A stretch of 63,612 nucleotides of DNA, filler included, from Choristocarpus tenellus KU-1152 (taxonomy: Eukaryota; Protista; Phaeophyceae): the NCBI GenBank assembly GCA_964200185.2. It is 9 parts of 9 records of this genome, joined end to end, with 100 filler letters (N's around TTAATTAATTAA, not from the genome) between each part and the next. Parts side by side here need not be neighbours in the genome. Positions count along the whole stretch, not along the records: positions 46,646 to 50,784 come from CAXNAD020016020.1; positions 50,885 to 55,898 come from CAXNAD020012160.1; positions 55,999 to 63,612 come from CAXNAD020005870.1; 6 more parts are not named here. One strand, 5' to 3'. A program made the translations under genes and the position numbers. The stretch's first letter is position 1. Every line of letters starts with the position of its first letter. The notes beneath the pieces were generated by a model. It did not search any database, was not told where the DNA came from, and worked only from the letters and a program-made list of their open reading frames with translations. Shown here one piece after another: positions 48,451 through 60,879 of this stretch.

Positions 48451-51400
48451 ACTTGATCTGGCTTCGGGTTAATACCCCTGTTTCACACCAAGGATGCTGT
48501 GAGTTGATATGCACTGATGAGTCATTGTACCTCTTGGTCCTGAGGCTTACAGGTAGCACGTTTCAGGGTTGGTTGAAAATCTTACTGTTTGGTGTTGGTA
48601 TTGATTGGTGGAGTAAAAACATCACACAAGGATGCTGTACTTGGATGGGTTTATTGCACACATAAGCAAGGCATCCCTAGTGGTCAAGGCCTAGCAGAAC
48701 ACACATTTTTCTGCACGCCAACCCGTTGCCTGACATCCTTGGGAGCCAGGGAGGAACACCAATCTCGTTTTGGGGTCTTTCACAATCAAAGCTATAAACT
48801 CTCTATATATAGGAGTTGGTGCATAGACATGCACTTCTTGTTGGACAGAGCCAACAGCTTTGGAGAAAATATAGAGTACCTACGAAAGAAATGGAGAACA
48901 CAGCACAACAAGAATTTCATCAGAAGGATAAAACTATTGGTGGAGACAATAAGTGGGGATGGGGTGTGTGGGGTGTGTGCAAAGGACACACAGCTGCGCC
49001 CTTCAGCTCCCGGTCTCTCAACCCTTGTATTGCATCCCTTCCCCACCCTCCCTTTGCATTCCAACATATAAAAACACCTCACAAATTGTGTCCACCCCCA
49101 CCACAATCCCAGTCTATGCCTAAAAATTCAACACTACAAAAAAATGTCGCTGGCTCGCCACCCCCNNNNNNNNNNCTGTCTTCCCCCCCCCCTCCCCCTA
49201 ACATCTACACTGTCAACAAGGACAGAACTTCTTTTTCCACATCGACATTCATCCTATTCTCAGGATAAACAGTACAAATAGTCCCAACATGATAGATAGC
49301 CAATTAAATATTCCCCTAAGGCCATCCCTCATGACCTCACATTTCCACAGTGAAACCGAGCTTGCTGCCACCTAAAAATAGACTTATCAGACTTCAAACC
49401 AAAGTCACGTCATACCCCTCTTGCTTTTCGACACAAGCATTGACTAGCACCTCAACTAGCGCAAAGTCAATCCTCTCAAAGAGCACATTGCCCACCATCT
49501 GGCAATTACTTAGGAGTATTTCACAGTCCTCTACGGCTCAGTTTCCCTGCCTTTTTTTTCCCCCAATGCAGAGGGTTTTCAACACACTTCTGTTCCAGGA
49601 CAACTATCTTCTGAACCAAATGTGTCGTAGCATCCCTAGAGCATATGACAAAACACCTAGGCACTGAGGTCCATGCACATCAGTCAGGAACACCTGGGCT
49701 CTGAAACTTGCATCAGCTTCCCATGGAGCTGCTCAGAAATCTGAGAGAGGAGTTGGTAAAGTACAGGTCATTATTGCAATTACCATTATTATTATTTACA
49801 AATTATTGTAGACATCCGGTAGAAGGCGTGTGTGTCTCTTACAAAGCTCGCTCACTTCTAGCTACTCCATACAAAGTGTTTCTATGTATCATGAAAAACT
49901 TTGATGAAGAGAAAAAAGAAAAAGCGCCTGATGAACGTCTGAACTCTTTTTGTGTTCCAATTTATGCTTCATCTCCACAACTTTTTGTGGCACGTGTTAC
50001 GATCCTTGAATGATGGTGTTCCAATTTATGAAATGATAAGCAGTGGAGATTAATGTACTAGATAGAAGCAATTGATTTTAAAGCTGTATATACACAAAAA
50101 GCATACATGAGTGAGCCCTCCCCATTAGCCAGAGACACATCTTGCATTTAATAAAAAATGCAACACTGGATGGTACAGGCGAAGAACAATATATATATAT
50201 ATTTAAAATAAAACTGTATCAACAGAGGAGAAACATTTTGAATGTTTCTCCTTTTTTTTTTGTAGTATCCACCTGACGAACAAAAAAATAGAGTAAAACT
50301 TCTCAAATTCTGAAGTTCTCACCTCGTGGAACTTTGGTCGTAGGGCAGGGGTGTCACCAAGACAGGCCACTACGAGCTTCTACTCGAGACAATACAATCA
50401 ATAGAGAGAGAGAGAGAGAGAGGTGTTTACAGTGAGGGGAGACCAAATACATTTTAGAACAACCACACTGCAGTAAAATAACATTCCTCTATTTATTTAT
50501 TTTTGGTAACAATTTGACTCTGTGTGACGGCTGGGCTGCACCTCTTTCCTCCTAGGTGTATCACCCCATAGCACTCCGTGGCACTACATAGCATCACAGA
50601 GTACTCCAGATTACCTGGGCAAAACTCCCAAGTCTACTCCCCTAAACTGCAGCGTGAATATACCTCCATGGTTGCTTTGCACTGTTCCTCCTCCTCGGAG
50701 CGTTCCACCATGTCTCTCAGGAGCAGCCCATAGGCACGGACCTCCACGCCTTCAAATATACGACCCTTCCCTTCTTTGGCACTGNNNNNNNNNNNNNNNN
50801 NNNNNNNNNNNNNNNNNNNNNNNNNNNNTTAATTAATTAANNNNNNNNNNNNNNNNNNNNNNNNNNNNNNNNNNNNNNNNNNNNCCTCCACCCCCAACTG
50901 GGGGGGCCCGAAGGCCGCCCCCCCGCCACCCCCCCCCCCCCCCCCCCAGATACTTTGGCCCTCACATGAGTTGTATCACATATCGATTCAATCTTGTGTA
51001 TTTCTTTTTATCTTCACAACAGAGCCGCCAGAGGTATCTCTTACAATATGTTTTTTTCTTGGTTGGTCTTGCCTCCACTTACACACCGAGGTCTCTCTGC
51101 ACTAAGTGTACCAGATGTACAACTGGATGATATATATTCCGATTTTAAACATCCACGAACTCTTCTTCAGAAGGTGACAAGCCTCCACAGAGAGTATGCA
51201 TCTCTTCCTTTGAATGTACCAAGGAATACCCCACTCACTACACTGTACCATTTAACCTATGACTGTGCAGAGCATGCCATAAGGTTCATCAACACGAGCT
51301 CATTGTTGCTTCACTGCACTATGATACCCCTTTACTCCAAACGACCTGTCACTGCACAAGAGAGCACGATTCATTCAATCTAGGGTTTCAACGGGTTATG

Positions 51401-52049
51401 AGCCTCACACTCCCCTTTGCGAAATGTGCAAGGTTTCAACACTGGTCCTAACAAAACAAGACATGCGTATGTGCTAATACTGCATTCAGGTCTTTTATGC
51501 AGCTTTTCAGTCCCATTTCTGGACACTCATTTTCACAGGGAGAGGTCAGGCGCGTGTGTTGAGAAGTCCCACTTGTTCTTTGTATTATCCAGTCCGTCAC
51601 GGGAACTGGACAAGAGACGTATTTGCAGGCTGATATGACTGGGAGATTTACTATAGTGGCGGTTACATCAAAGCTCTAACGTGCATTTTTAATCTGAAGA
51701 AACCAAATTTTGATAGTCGCTGCAACTTGATATGAAAACATACTATGACTGTACACATTAGAAAAACGTAATACTTCCTGCATTCGGAATCAAATGTAAC
51801 ATAACTTTTACATTCCCAACGAAGAAGCAAGACTTTTTTTCACATGTTCATATTTTATGGTTGAAGGGTACAGACTCTAAAAGGTTGTCCATCATAATCT
51901 CAAGCAAAAAATGGGGTACCCCTATTTATGATTCCGTCCCCAAAGCCCCCCAAAACTCCATTCCAGCAGATTATTTCGCTGCATCCATCAGGGCATTCGG
52001 GGAACGTTTTCCCTTCTCAGTCTTTTCCTTGCTAAGATGGGTAATTTTG

Positions 52050-53010
52050 AAGGCTTTGTCAACCTTGGACCCCAGCACAGGGGGTACACATAGAGGAACT
52101 TCATTGTGGGCTCCACCAGCTCCTCTGTATCGGTTACCCCCACGTCTTCCTTCAGTTGCTGAATGGAATGAATGAATCCCAGGTCATTGATGTTGAGGTC
52201 GGGTGAGTTGGCTGGCTGGGTACCTATGACAATACCATCCCCTGTCGCCTCCTCGATTGCCTCCATGATCCCCCCCTTAGTGTGTGACTTTACGCCGTCC
52301 ACTTCATGAAGATGGTGTGTCCTTCCGGCCCAGGCATGCAGACAGGACTTGATTGCTGAGATAACATCCTCAATCACGACCTTCTTATACCACTCCCTGT
52401 CCACTGTGGCTGGCACAACCACCTTGGTGCCCTTGGGGTGGGTGTTTGCTCGCGTGCTGGGTGACCTTAGTTTGCATGATACACCAGATCCCGTTTTTCT
52501 TCTTGAGCCTCTCGCCCTGTTGGAGAGCTTCCGAGAGCGGGCCACAGCTGCAAGGTACTTTTGTCATGTAACGCTTATTTTGTGCCCATGGTGGTGTGCA
52601 GGTACACACCTTGTCCATATTTGATTATATAAAACCAGCTTCTCATCCGCATGCACCCAATCATACAGATCGTCCACTAATACCCCCACTTTCCCCCCTC
52701 CTGTGCGTGTGGCTGATGACGAAACCCACCTTGTTGACCTCCTGCTAGTCTGGAAAGGACTGCCTTAATCCACCACCTGACCTTCTTCACCTTCTCACAC
52801 TTGCATAGATTCCACCAACGAGGAAAAGGGACACCACAGCTTTGCCCACTCATTTGCCAAAGGATGTGCTGTGTACCAATGAGACATCCCAAACGTCAAG
52901 GATACTTGTATGGCAACCACATAGCCCCTTTCGACATTGTACAAGGTCTATGCATCCACCCCGTGCAATCTGGCTGTCATTGGCGGAACAACAATCTGAT
53001 TTGGGAAATT
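52050..53010 (-). mobile_element. Decayed Tc1/mariner (DD39D-like) transposase
   Basis: VHADEK.F, TVDREWYKKVVIEDVISAIK, DGVKSH, TQPANSPDLNINDLGFIHSIQ. Confidence 0.82.
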
Positions 53011-53199
53011 CCAAAGACCTCCGCGATGGCTGCCGCCACCCCCCGAGGCATCCGAGTCTCGTGTGCTCTTGCCTCAAGGTATCATGCCACCACGCTGTTC
53101 TTCGTCAGGATGCTTAGTCGGAACCATGGACAGACTTCTGGGCCGAAGAATTGGGACCAACAGGCAATGACGGGATGACTGAGTCGCTCGAACAAGGGG

Positions 53200-53650
53200 G
53201 GGCCTTCATCCTAGGCATCCCAATTAACACCCGCTTCGACAGTTTCATGAGGTTTTTGAACCTCAATAAATGCGACTCGGTCGACCTTGCACTGGTGATT
53301 CTCCACAGTCATGATAGCCCACCACCTCAAACTCTGCACGCCTTCCAATTTGTATGAGAGTGAAGGCTTGTCCAGAGGGTTTAACAGATGGGTCATTCCT
53401 GGGCAAGAACGGAGGCTGCAGAGGTTATATTAAATTTCATTCCCAAGGAGGAAGTAGCTTCAAAGAAAATATTGATTTCTCTATCTTCTTGGAAAACTGT
53501 TCTCAACAATTCAACAAGATTTTTTTCAAAAAGCGCATGTACAAGAAGAAAATTTGTTTCTTCCAACCATGTGTCAATACTTGTTGACCGTCCGAATCGA
53601 CTCTCAAACTCCATGCATGTTGGGAACAGTACCTCGAGGTTCACTTAGAT
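53200..53650 (-). repeat. Interspersed repeat, possibly a hAT core relic; paralogous to 1-18 + 193-325
   Basis: cccaccacctcaaactctgcacgccttccaat...ggaggctgcagaggttatatt aligns with cccaccatct[MITE]caaactttgcacgcctcccaat...ggagcttgcaaaggttatgtt. Confidence 0.55.
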
Positions 53651-54137
53651 CCGTTCAAATATATAGTGTGGTCATTGTTTGTCCACTTGTCCGTCATATT
53701 ACCCAACTAACCACCACCTACCAGCAATACTCGAATGCAATATCTCCAGGCTAGCAGATTTGCATCACGTGAACCTTTTTTTGTAAACTTGGTGTGTTGC
53801 CCATTCGACACAACCCGTCTCGTAGAGTTAACCATGATTGAGGCCCTTCCTAGGTTCCTGGTGGGATCAGCTTCTAACACTCAATGCGTGCATGATTTGT
53901 TTTAAGCAGTACAAGGACAAACTAAAAGAAAAAACACGATACACTTCTCTGACGAGATTAGTCCTCCAGCCACGTACAAACCGCCTCCTCTACAGTATTT
54001 AACCTCTTGTCACTAGTTACCCTGTCTTGAGTAAAGCAGGTCGGGTACATTCCTGCATATAAGGTAATACATCATTCCATGAACACTCCACTACATTCCA
54101 CCTAAAAGATCACTTGATCAGACCCATTGTCGCATTG

Positions 54138-55084
54138 TCAATCGTCTGCTTCCCGTGGCTTCTTGCGAAACTTTCCCTTAGCTGGTCCTTTCCGCTTTTT
54201 AAATGCTACAGGGGCCCCTCCACCGTCCTTGTCCTCCTCGTGAGCTCCGGAACCTGCAGTGGCTGCTGTTGCTGCTGTGGCATTCAGGTCGATCCCTTTG
54301 TACTTTCCTGTTCCCCAGGGGTCAAAGGAGCCCATCGCATCATCTGCATCCATTGCTTCCAGCATTGTCTATTATGAGAGAGATGGCGGAGGAGGGAGGA
54401 GGTGGGGTAGGACCAGGGCATAAAATCTGGGGCTCTTTTGGAGGGCAGACAATAAACTATTCTAGAAAATTTCCAATTTTCCACGACTAACAAATCAGAG
54501 TACATAGCAGTGTGTCATTATGACATTTAGGGTTAGGGATGTAACCGATGTGACAAATGGTATCAAAAACTTCATGGGCAGAGTAACATGATATTGCTTA
54601 TTGAACTGAAACCCTGCCTTAAGCTCTGCTTAGGACTCAGGTAGTTGAAGCAGAGGATGACTCTTGCGAGAAAGAGGGTCGGGGGTGGTGGGGAGGGGAA
54701 TGGAGGACAGAGGTGTACTTTCAAACAATGATAAGAAGACAGGGCAAGAAGTCATTGTTTGAAGGTACACCTCTGTTCGACCAAAAAAGAAAAAGAGGTA
54801 CACTCAAGGGAGAGGTGCAAATAGTCTTACATCTGGCCCTCTTACAACCAATTACACACCTTACTCTACTCGTTCATACCTCACAGGGCAACAGAGAGAG
54901 AGGGAGCGATATAGAGATCCAAATAAAAAAGACCAAAGCAGAAGTAACAGGTGGGCGGGGGGGGGGAACTCACGACTTCCCTCTCAGCCTTTGCCTCCTT
55001 GACGGCCCTTCGAGCTGCTTTCTTCTCCATCTTTCTCCGCTTTGACTCTGTCTCCGCCCTTTCATCCACTACCCTTACGCTGAC
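54138..55084 (-). CDS. 3' exons of a WBP4/FBP21/ZOP1-like spliceosomal protein (exons 55084-54974, 54368-54138)
   Basis: VSVRVVDE..., DAMGSFDPWG..KYKGIDL and the terminal VAFKKRK...KFRKK..DD* resemble, by recall, the C-terminus of this family. The zinc-finger/WW exons are not in the contig. Confidence 0.6.
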
Positions 55085-55703
55085 CTGCCACACGCCATCC
55101 AATCATTAAAAACACGCCCCCCCCCAAAAAAAAAAATACAAAGGGAAAAACAGTGCGGGTATAATGTTCACTAGCGGTGAGAATAGCTCAAATACTAGTA
55201 GTACTTTAGCAAGTGGTTCCAAGCTCATGGTATAAGAATTTACCAACGGGTGGAGTTTTAATGCTACTGGTAGACAATGACAAGGGTGGAGGTGTAGTTC
55301 ACTAAATCCACGTGGGTGAGAGGGACTCCAACCAAGGGAATGAGCCAAAATGGTATGCTGCGTGGTATAATCTTGTGAACTGGAATACAAACAACTCATG
55401 AATAACAGATTTTTGTTGATCCATGATGGAAGTGGTAGCACCCCACTGACTCCCTCACATAAAAAAGACGGTTATGTGTTTTTTTGTTTTTTGTTAGCAA
55501 AACTCTTGCGGGAGTACAATTTGTGTGTTTGTGTGTGTGTGTTTGCGCGCGCGTGTGTATGAAATCTACCTCATACAAAGTAGCATATTCGTACATAATA
55601 CATACATTTTTTTTCTCACGAATTCTGGATTATTATTATTCTTTTATTTTCTATTCTTGCATTCCTCCCTAATCCTCTCCTCTCCTTATTCTAACCCCCC
55701 TTG

Positions 55704-55822
55704 TGACCAACCAGGGCAAAACCCCTTTGCCACTGATTTCCAGCCACACCAACTCTGATGACCAACCAGGACACCCCTTTTTGCCACTGATTTCCAGCCA
55801 CCCCACTTCTGATGACCAACCT
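55704..55822. repeat. Tandem repeat, ~54-bp period, related to the 31401 repeat
   Basis: tgaccaacc(a)g...gccactgatttccag repeated. Confidence 0.75.
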
Positions 55823-55998
55823 GGGCTGTTAAAGAAACTGGTGTTCCCAAGACTTGTGTGTGTAAATAACTCGATTATTTCCTCATTATGTAGAACAGNN
55901 NNNNNNNNNNNNNNNNNNNNNNNNNNNNNNNNNNNNNNNNNNTTAATTAATTAANNNNNNNNNNNNNNNNNNNNNNNNNNNNNNNNNNNNNNNNNNNN

Positions 55999-56042
55999 TC
56001 CTCATAGTCCCGCTCCATCCTCAATTTTGCGAATCCACTGTT
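55999..56042 (-). mobile_element. Opposite terminus of the AACAG-ended element family at a contig start
   Basis: Reverse complement is aacagtggattcgcaaaattgaggatggagc, sharing aaaattgaggatggagc with the copies at 381 and 6430. Confidence 0.65.
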
Positions 56043-56762
56043 CTACCCTCTGTCGTAACAGTACTACTATTAGTAGTCTTTCTTTACCCTCCTTATTTCT
56101 ACTTCAATTATTCGATTTCAACACGAACTGTTAATAGGATCCTGTCAAAACTTTGTGTGATTAATAATACATAACAATAAATAGTAGGAGTAGTAGAAGC
56201 ACAACTTGCATAGTAGAATACCCTCTTTCCTGTCATGCACTAATACTTTGTATTTCATATTTCGTTTTGTTGTGTTGTCGTTGAGTATTTTGGTGCTCCG
56301 TATGTACGGCTGCCTGTAGAGGGAGGTTCGTGCTTCTTCCTCATTTTCCACTACTAGTGCGTGTTGGTTGGTTTGGTATTTATTAATTGCTTGTGGGAAA
56401 TTTGTTTTGCTGGTTAAGGGGGTGGTTGATTGAGATTGGGCTTATTGGTAAGCAGACTCTGTCCTTCACCACTATCAATATTAGTGAGAAGAGTATCCTC
56501 TCTCGGAGAACTCTTCATATATATACATGCATCGTACATACAACATACATACGCTATAAGGTGCAGAGAGAGAGAGGTTCTACCCTCTGTACAGCAAATG
56601 AACGATAGGCGGGTGCTGGCGTTCATTGCTTACCCAACTGACCTTCGGGGTAATTGTATGTTTTTCACAAGTTTGTGGGCGTGTTATTTATCGTTCGTAT
56701 TATTCTAAAGTATATATTCATTGCCTTCCTGACTTATTACCTCCACTTTTTTGTCCACAATC

Positions 56763-57133
56763 AACAGTATGTTCGTTAGATCAGGAACGGATTATGATAT
56801 GATAAGGAATGAGAAATATTTCGAAACCATCCTGCAGGCCGCCGATCAATTTCAGTGTGAAAGCTTTCAAATGGCCATATCAACAAAAGCATATCTCACT
56901 CCACAACAAGTAACAGCTTACAAATTTTGGCGATTTGGAAGCTTTTTCACAAAATATCGATGAGCTCCCCCTCTTGTGTTCGCAAGCTTTCACTCCAAGA
57001 AAACCGACGACTTCAAGAATCTGGCCATTTGGAAGCTTTCACACTTAAACTGATTGGCGGCCTGCAGGATGGTTTCGAAATATTTCTCATTCCTTGTATC
57101 ATAATCCGTTCCTGATCTCACGAACATGCTGTT
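56763..57133. mobile_element. Foldback element/MITE with ~115-bp inverted arms, AACAG...CTGTT ends and AATC flanking duplication
   Basis: Arms 56763-56877 and 57022-57133 are near-perfect reverse complements around a ~144-bp spacer; aatc lies on both outer flanks. Confidence 0.75.
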
Positions 57134-57914
57134 AATCTACTTAATATCACTATTATTATTGGTGGCGATAAAAACCTCGATGAAAAATACAAAGACGTCT
57201 TTGGTTGAAAATTGTTTCTTCATAATACATTGTATTTCTGTCCAGGAAGCGTATGCATATCCATCATCTGTCCCCAAACTCTAATCATCCGTACTGAGTA
57301 ATTCTTATCACGCATGTGTATGGCTGCTCTCACTATGCGCTCTCCGCCCCAGATATTGCCCTGGCTTCACACATCATCACACACAAAAGACAAAGAGCGA
57401 CCAAGACAGTCCGCATAGCAAACTGTCCATATTTCAAAGGACAAAAAAAGGATTGCTTGGGGTGGTTGTTGAGTTGGCTAGGGTATCATGGTACTATTTG
57501 GGCAGGTTTGGGTGAGGCTCGGTAGAGAGAAGGGATATTATGTTGGTAGGTTAAGATGGTAGATTAGAGATGTTTTGGTCAGAGTAGATTTGAGGTTGCC
57601 CTGTTGAAATAGTCATTAGGTCCGGTAGCCCCCTTGCTTGGTGACTGAGCTGATTGTTCATCGCTCAATATGCATCACAGCCATCTCTTGCCTAGTTCTC
57701 CAATCGATGCATATTTTGCTTTGTTCAGGTAGTTGCAAACAAAGGCATAAAAAATGGTTGTAAACAACAATATTCTTACCGTAATTAGTAGGTTGAATGA
57801 AACGTGTAATGATGAGTAGGTAGGGTTCTCACATCTGTGCTCGATCAATCGGTTGTGGTAGGGATAAATCTTGAGCAATTCTGTTTCTTCCTTACACCCA
57901 ATACGAATTTATGG

Positions 57915-58178
57915 TTTCACGAACTAATGATAATATGTAAGGAGGGGCTTGATGGAGTCGTGGGATGGCTCCCTAGCCCCTCACACAGAGTACAGGACTA
58001 TGCTAGGTTAGAGGCACAGTAAGGGAACGGTGTAACATAACTGGTAGTAAAATAGGGAATAGATAAATGTTTTTCACATTTATGACAACTGTTACTTTGT
58101 AGGGTTTATTCTGACATGAGAATAGTTTTTGTTGATTTTTCTCCTGACACATCTCCAGAATGTAGAGAGCATAATAAT
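57915..58178 (+). mobile_element. CRE-like 3' end
   Basis: tgggatggctccctagcccctc...cctgacacatctccagaatgtagagagcataataat. Confidence 0.7.
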
Positions 58179-59994
58179 GAAATAATTAAATATATTCCTT
58201 GAAATAAATATACTAGAACCTATTGGTGATAGACCTCTACAACTAGTTTTTGAAACGGATGTCATTTACTCCTACCCCCACAGGTAAACTGCAACAAAAT
58301 ATTGATCCACAACCTACAACAACGGAGAACAAGTGGAGGACATTTGATTTTGAATCCTAATCAATATCTACAGACATATGTATGTATCAACTTCCGTTTT
58401 TCTTTCTGCTGTCTGATCCATCATCATGGGTCTATTACCATGTAGGGTTCGCTACACACGTTCTCATGACAACTCATTCTTAATAACAATTACAACAGTA
58501 GTAGTAGAATGTAGTTTATATACATACATATATTCTTGCTTTTTGGGAAGTTCAAGGTTTGGGTTAGGAGTACATTGCATAGTGTATTTTTTCCTTTTGA
58601 ACAATATTAATAGTAGAATATACTGGAGTCATATGAACGACGAACCTATGTGGGTCAGTCACCCTTTGATGACCGCAGTAAGGTGAACTCATAAGATGGG
58701 GCAGGGCCCGAACTTGCGCCACTCTAACGTACACATACTAATCAGTGCTTTTTAGTTACTTACATGGTAGGGGGTAAGTGTCGAAATATAATACTATGAT
58801 ACCAACCTCGGAATTGTTCGTGGGGAATTCTCTGCAATAATAGTTGGCGGCCCACTCCCGCCAACACCGCCCTACGATTATATTTAAAACAGTGATTTAT
58901 ATATATATATATGAACTAAACGCCAATGGCATAATTAAACCAAGCAAAGAACTCACAACCACACTACAGACAGAGAGAGGTTCAGGACAACATAATTTAT
59001 TGGGGGGGGAATAACCCCTAAAACACCACTAGAATAGCCTAGGCTATTATTATATCCATACCATTATCGTTGTGAAACACAACCGCACGTCTCTACACAT
59101 GTTCATGAGTTCATTTGCATTCGGAGCTTGTACCAAGCAGCTGTCAATAATGGTATCACCAACATCTTCAAGGGAGATGCCCCCGTATTTATTACCATTA
59201 GAACCATGTACACACCAGGTGTCAGCCGTGGTATCACCAACATTTTCAAGGGAGATGTTACCATTACTGCTATTTCAATGTATGTTGCATTGAGACAATA
59301 AACATATTATTTGCACTGATAAATCCTCTTCGACCCTCATCACCAGCCAGCAATCTCTAATTATGTTTATTGTATCACTTGTGGTTAAAAAAATGAAGCA
59401 ATATCTTCATCAGCAGGCAAAAGGCGGCCACTCTGTAGATAGAGGCATATATGCCCGCGTGGTGTGGGGAAGGAATGAAGAGCAAGAACAGACAGACCTT
59501 GGAAATGATTAATAAGCAATGAAAAGGACAAGTAATAGAAGTAGGACATAACTGCTACTGGATAGACTATCACTATATGTAGTACTAGCTTCTAAAATAA
59601 GACGTCAGGAACCTTGGAGCACGTTTTAAATTCCACATACACATTACATCCTACAGTTGCTACCCCTTTGTTACAATTCAAGCACCCTAAAGAACAAGCA
59701 AAACAGAGTTGAACCTAAGCAAAATTGCAAACATATGAGGAAAACTTCAACACTGCCCCCTCTCCAAACACCAGAAGATACATACATACCTACATAAACA
59801 TAAACGCACACAAATAAACGTAGGCAGCCGCGTCGATAGGTACTCCCTTCAGGAGATCCCCCCCCCAACACTGCTGACGATCAATGCCAACGTATGTATA
59901 GCCACCCCCACTCTCCACTTCCTATCCAATTACCAAAGAGAGCTCTACTCGGAGAAATATATACTCTGAAAAACAAACTATCGTTCTTATTCCA

Positions 59995-60621
59995 TCAGAT
60001 AATGTAAACATGTCGGAGCTGGTCGAAGCGGAATTCCTCGCCGGTGACAGGGCACGTGATTACCCCACCAGAAGCCTGTCCCATTGCCTGCAGGAATCGA
60101 GACCCAAATACCCTGCCATTGGGTAGGGCCAGGGGCGGATTTTCCCCATCCATTGGAGCTCCAGACTGAACGGACATACATCCCGCCATTGATTCGGGGC
60201 AATTAAAAACCGTGTTTGGGGGCGTGGGCAGAAGAGTTGGGGGGGGCAAGGCGAGCTCAATCAATTGAAGGGTTATGGAATAGTTTGAGTGTGGTAGGAG
60301 CGGTGTGATTCTGAATCAAATGTAGTGAGTAGTGGACAGGGCAAGGGATGGACAGTAGAAGAGGTCATGTGTGCTATTTCTGACAAAAAAAAACAGGTAC
60401 TACAATAATTCACATTTCTCACAAGCGCACGCGGTCTCTTTTTATAACTTTCACAACGTCATCATATACTCTGAAGCACGAAATGTCGCAAAATATACAT
60501 AAATAAATATATATATTTTATACAGTTCCGTACACTCGCAAAAAAGGGGAAAATAATGAAATAAATACCCACCTCTTTCACCCTCAAAACCTCATACAAA
60601 ACTTGAAGACACACACACACA

Positions 60622-60671
<50 letters not shown>

Positions 60672-60879
60672 TGCAAGGAAATACAGCGTTTTTTGCTGGT
60701 ATGTTTATTGTTGTTGCCTATCTTTTTTTCACCTGTGGACATACAAGATTGGAATGCCCATGATGTGCAAAAGGCATGTCACGTCCCAAGGCCCTCCCGT
60801 CATCACTGCACGTGGGACAGTGCCACATGCGGTAATGATCCTGAGAGCATAGAGGGGTCTTCAGGACCGACAGACCACT
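59995..60879 (-). CDS. MAEA: MAEA / Gid9 (CTLH/GID E3 ligase subunit), last two exons 60879-60733 and 60165-59995
   Basis: SGLSVLKTPLC...CPTC....LGRDMPFAHHGHSNLVC / SGAPMDGENPPLALPNGRVFG...CPVTGEEF...VYII* matches the MAEA degenerate-RING C-terminus. Confidence 0.88.
60610..60666. repeat. (CA)n microsatellite in MAEA intron; others near 22666-22706 and 25320-25360
   Basis: Direct inspection. Confidence 0.9.

Noticed and set aside
43111-53650. Searched by eye for Fanzor/TnpB, viral (NCLDV) or tyrosine-recombinase genes beside the mariner/hAT relics
   Set aside because: No RuvC/zinc-finger, capsid, polymerase or recombinase motifs recognised; an HMM search would be needed to exclude decayed copies.
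58756-58866. tacttacatggtagggg resembling the U1 snRNA 5' end, with a downstream hairpin gttggcgg/ccgccaac
   Set aside because: Mismatch in the ACUUACCUG recognition sequence; no stem-loop I/II loop motifs and no Sm site.
59151-59257. Two 29-bp direct repeats (tggtatcaccaacat.ttcaagggagatg) with a ~49-bp spacer, CRISPR-like spacing
   Set aside because: Only two units, eukaryotic context and no cas genes; a simple local duplication.
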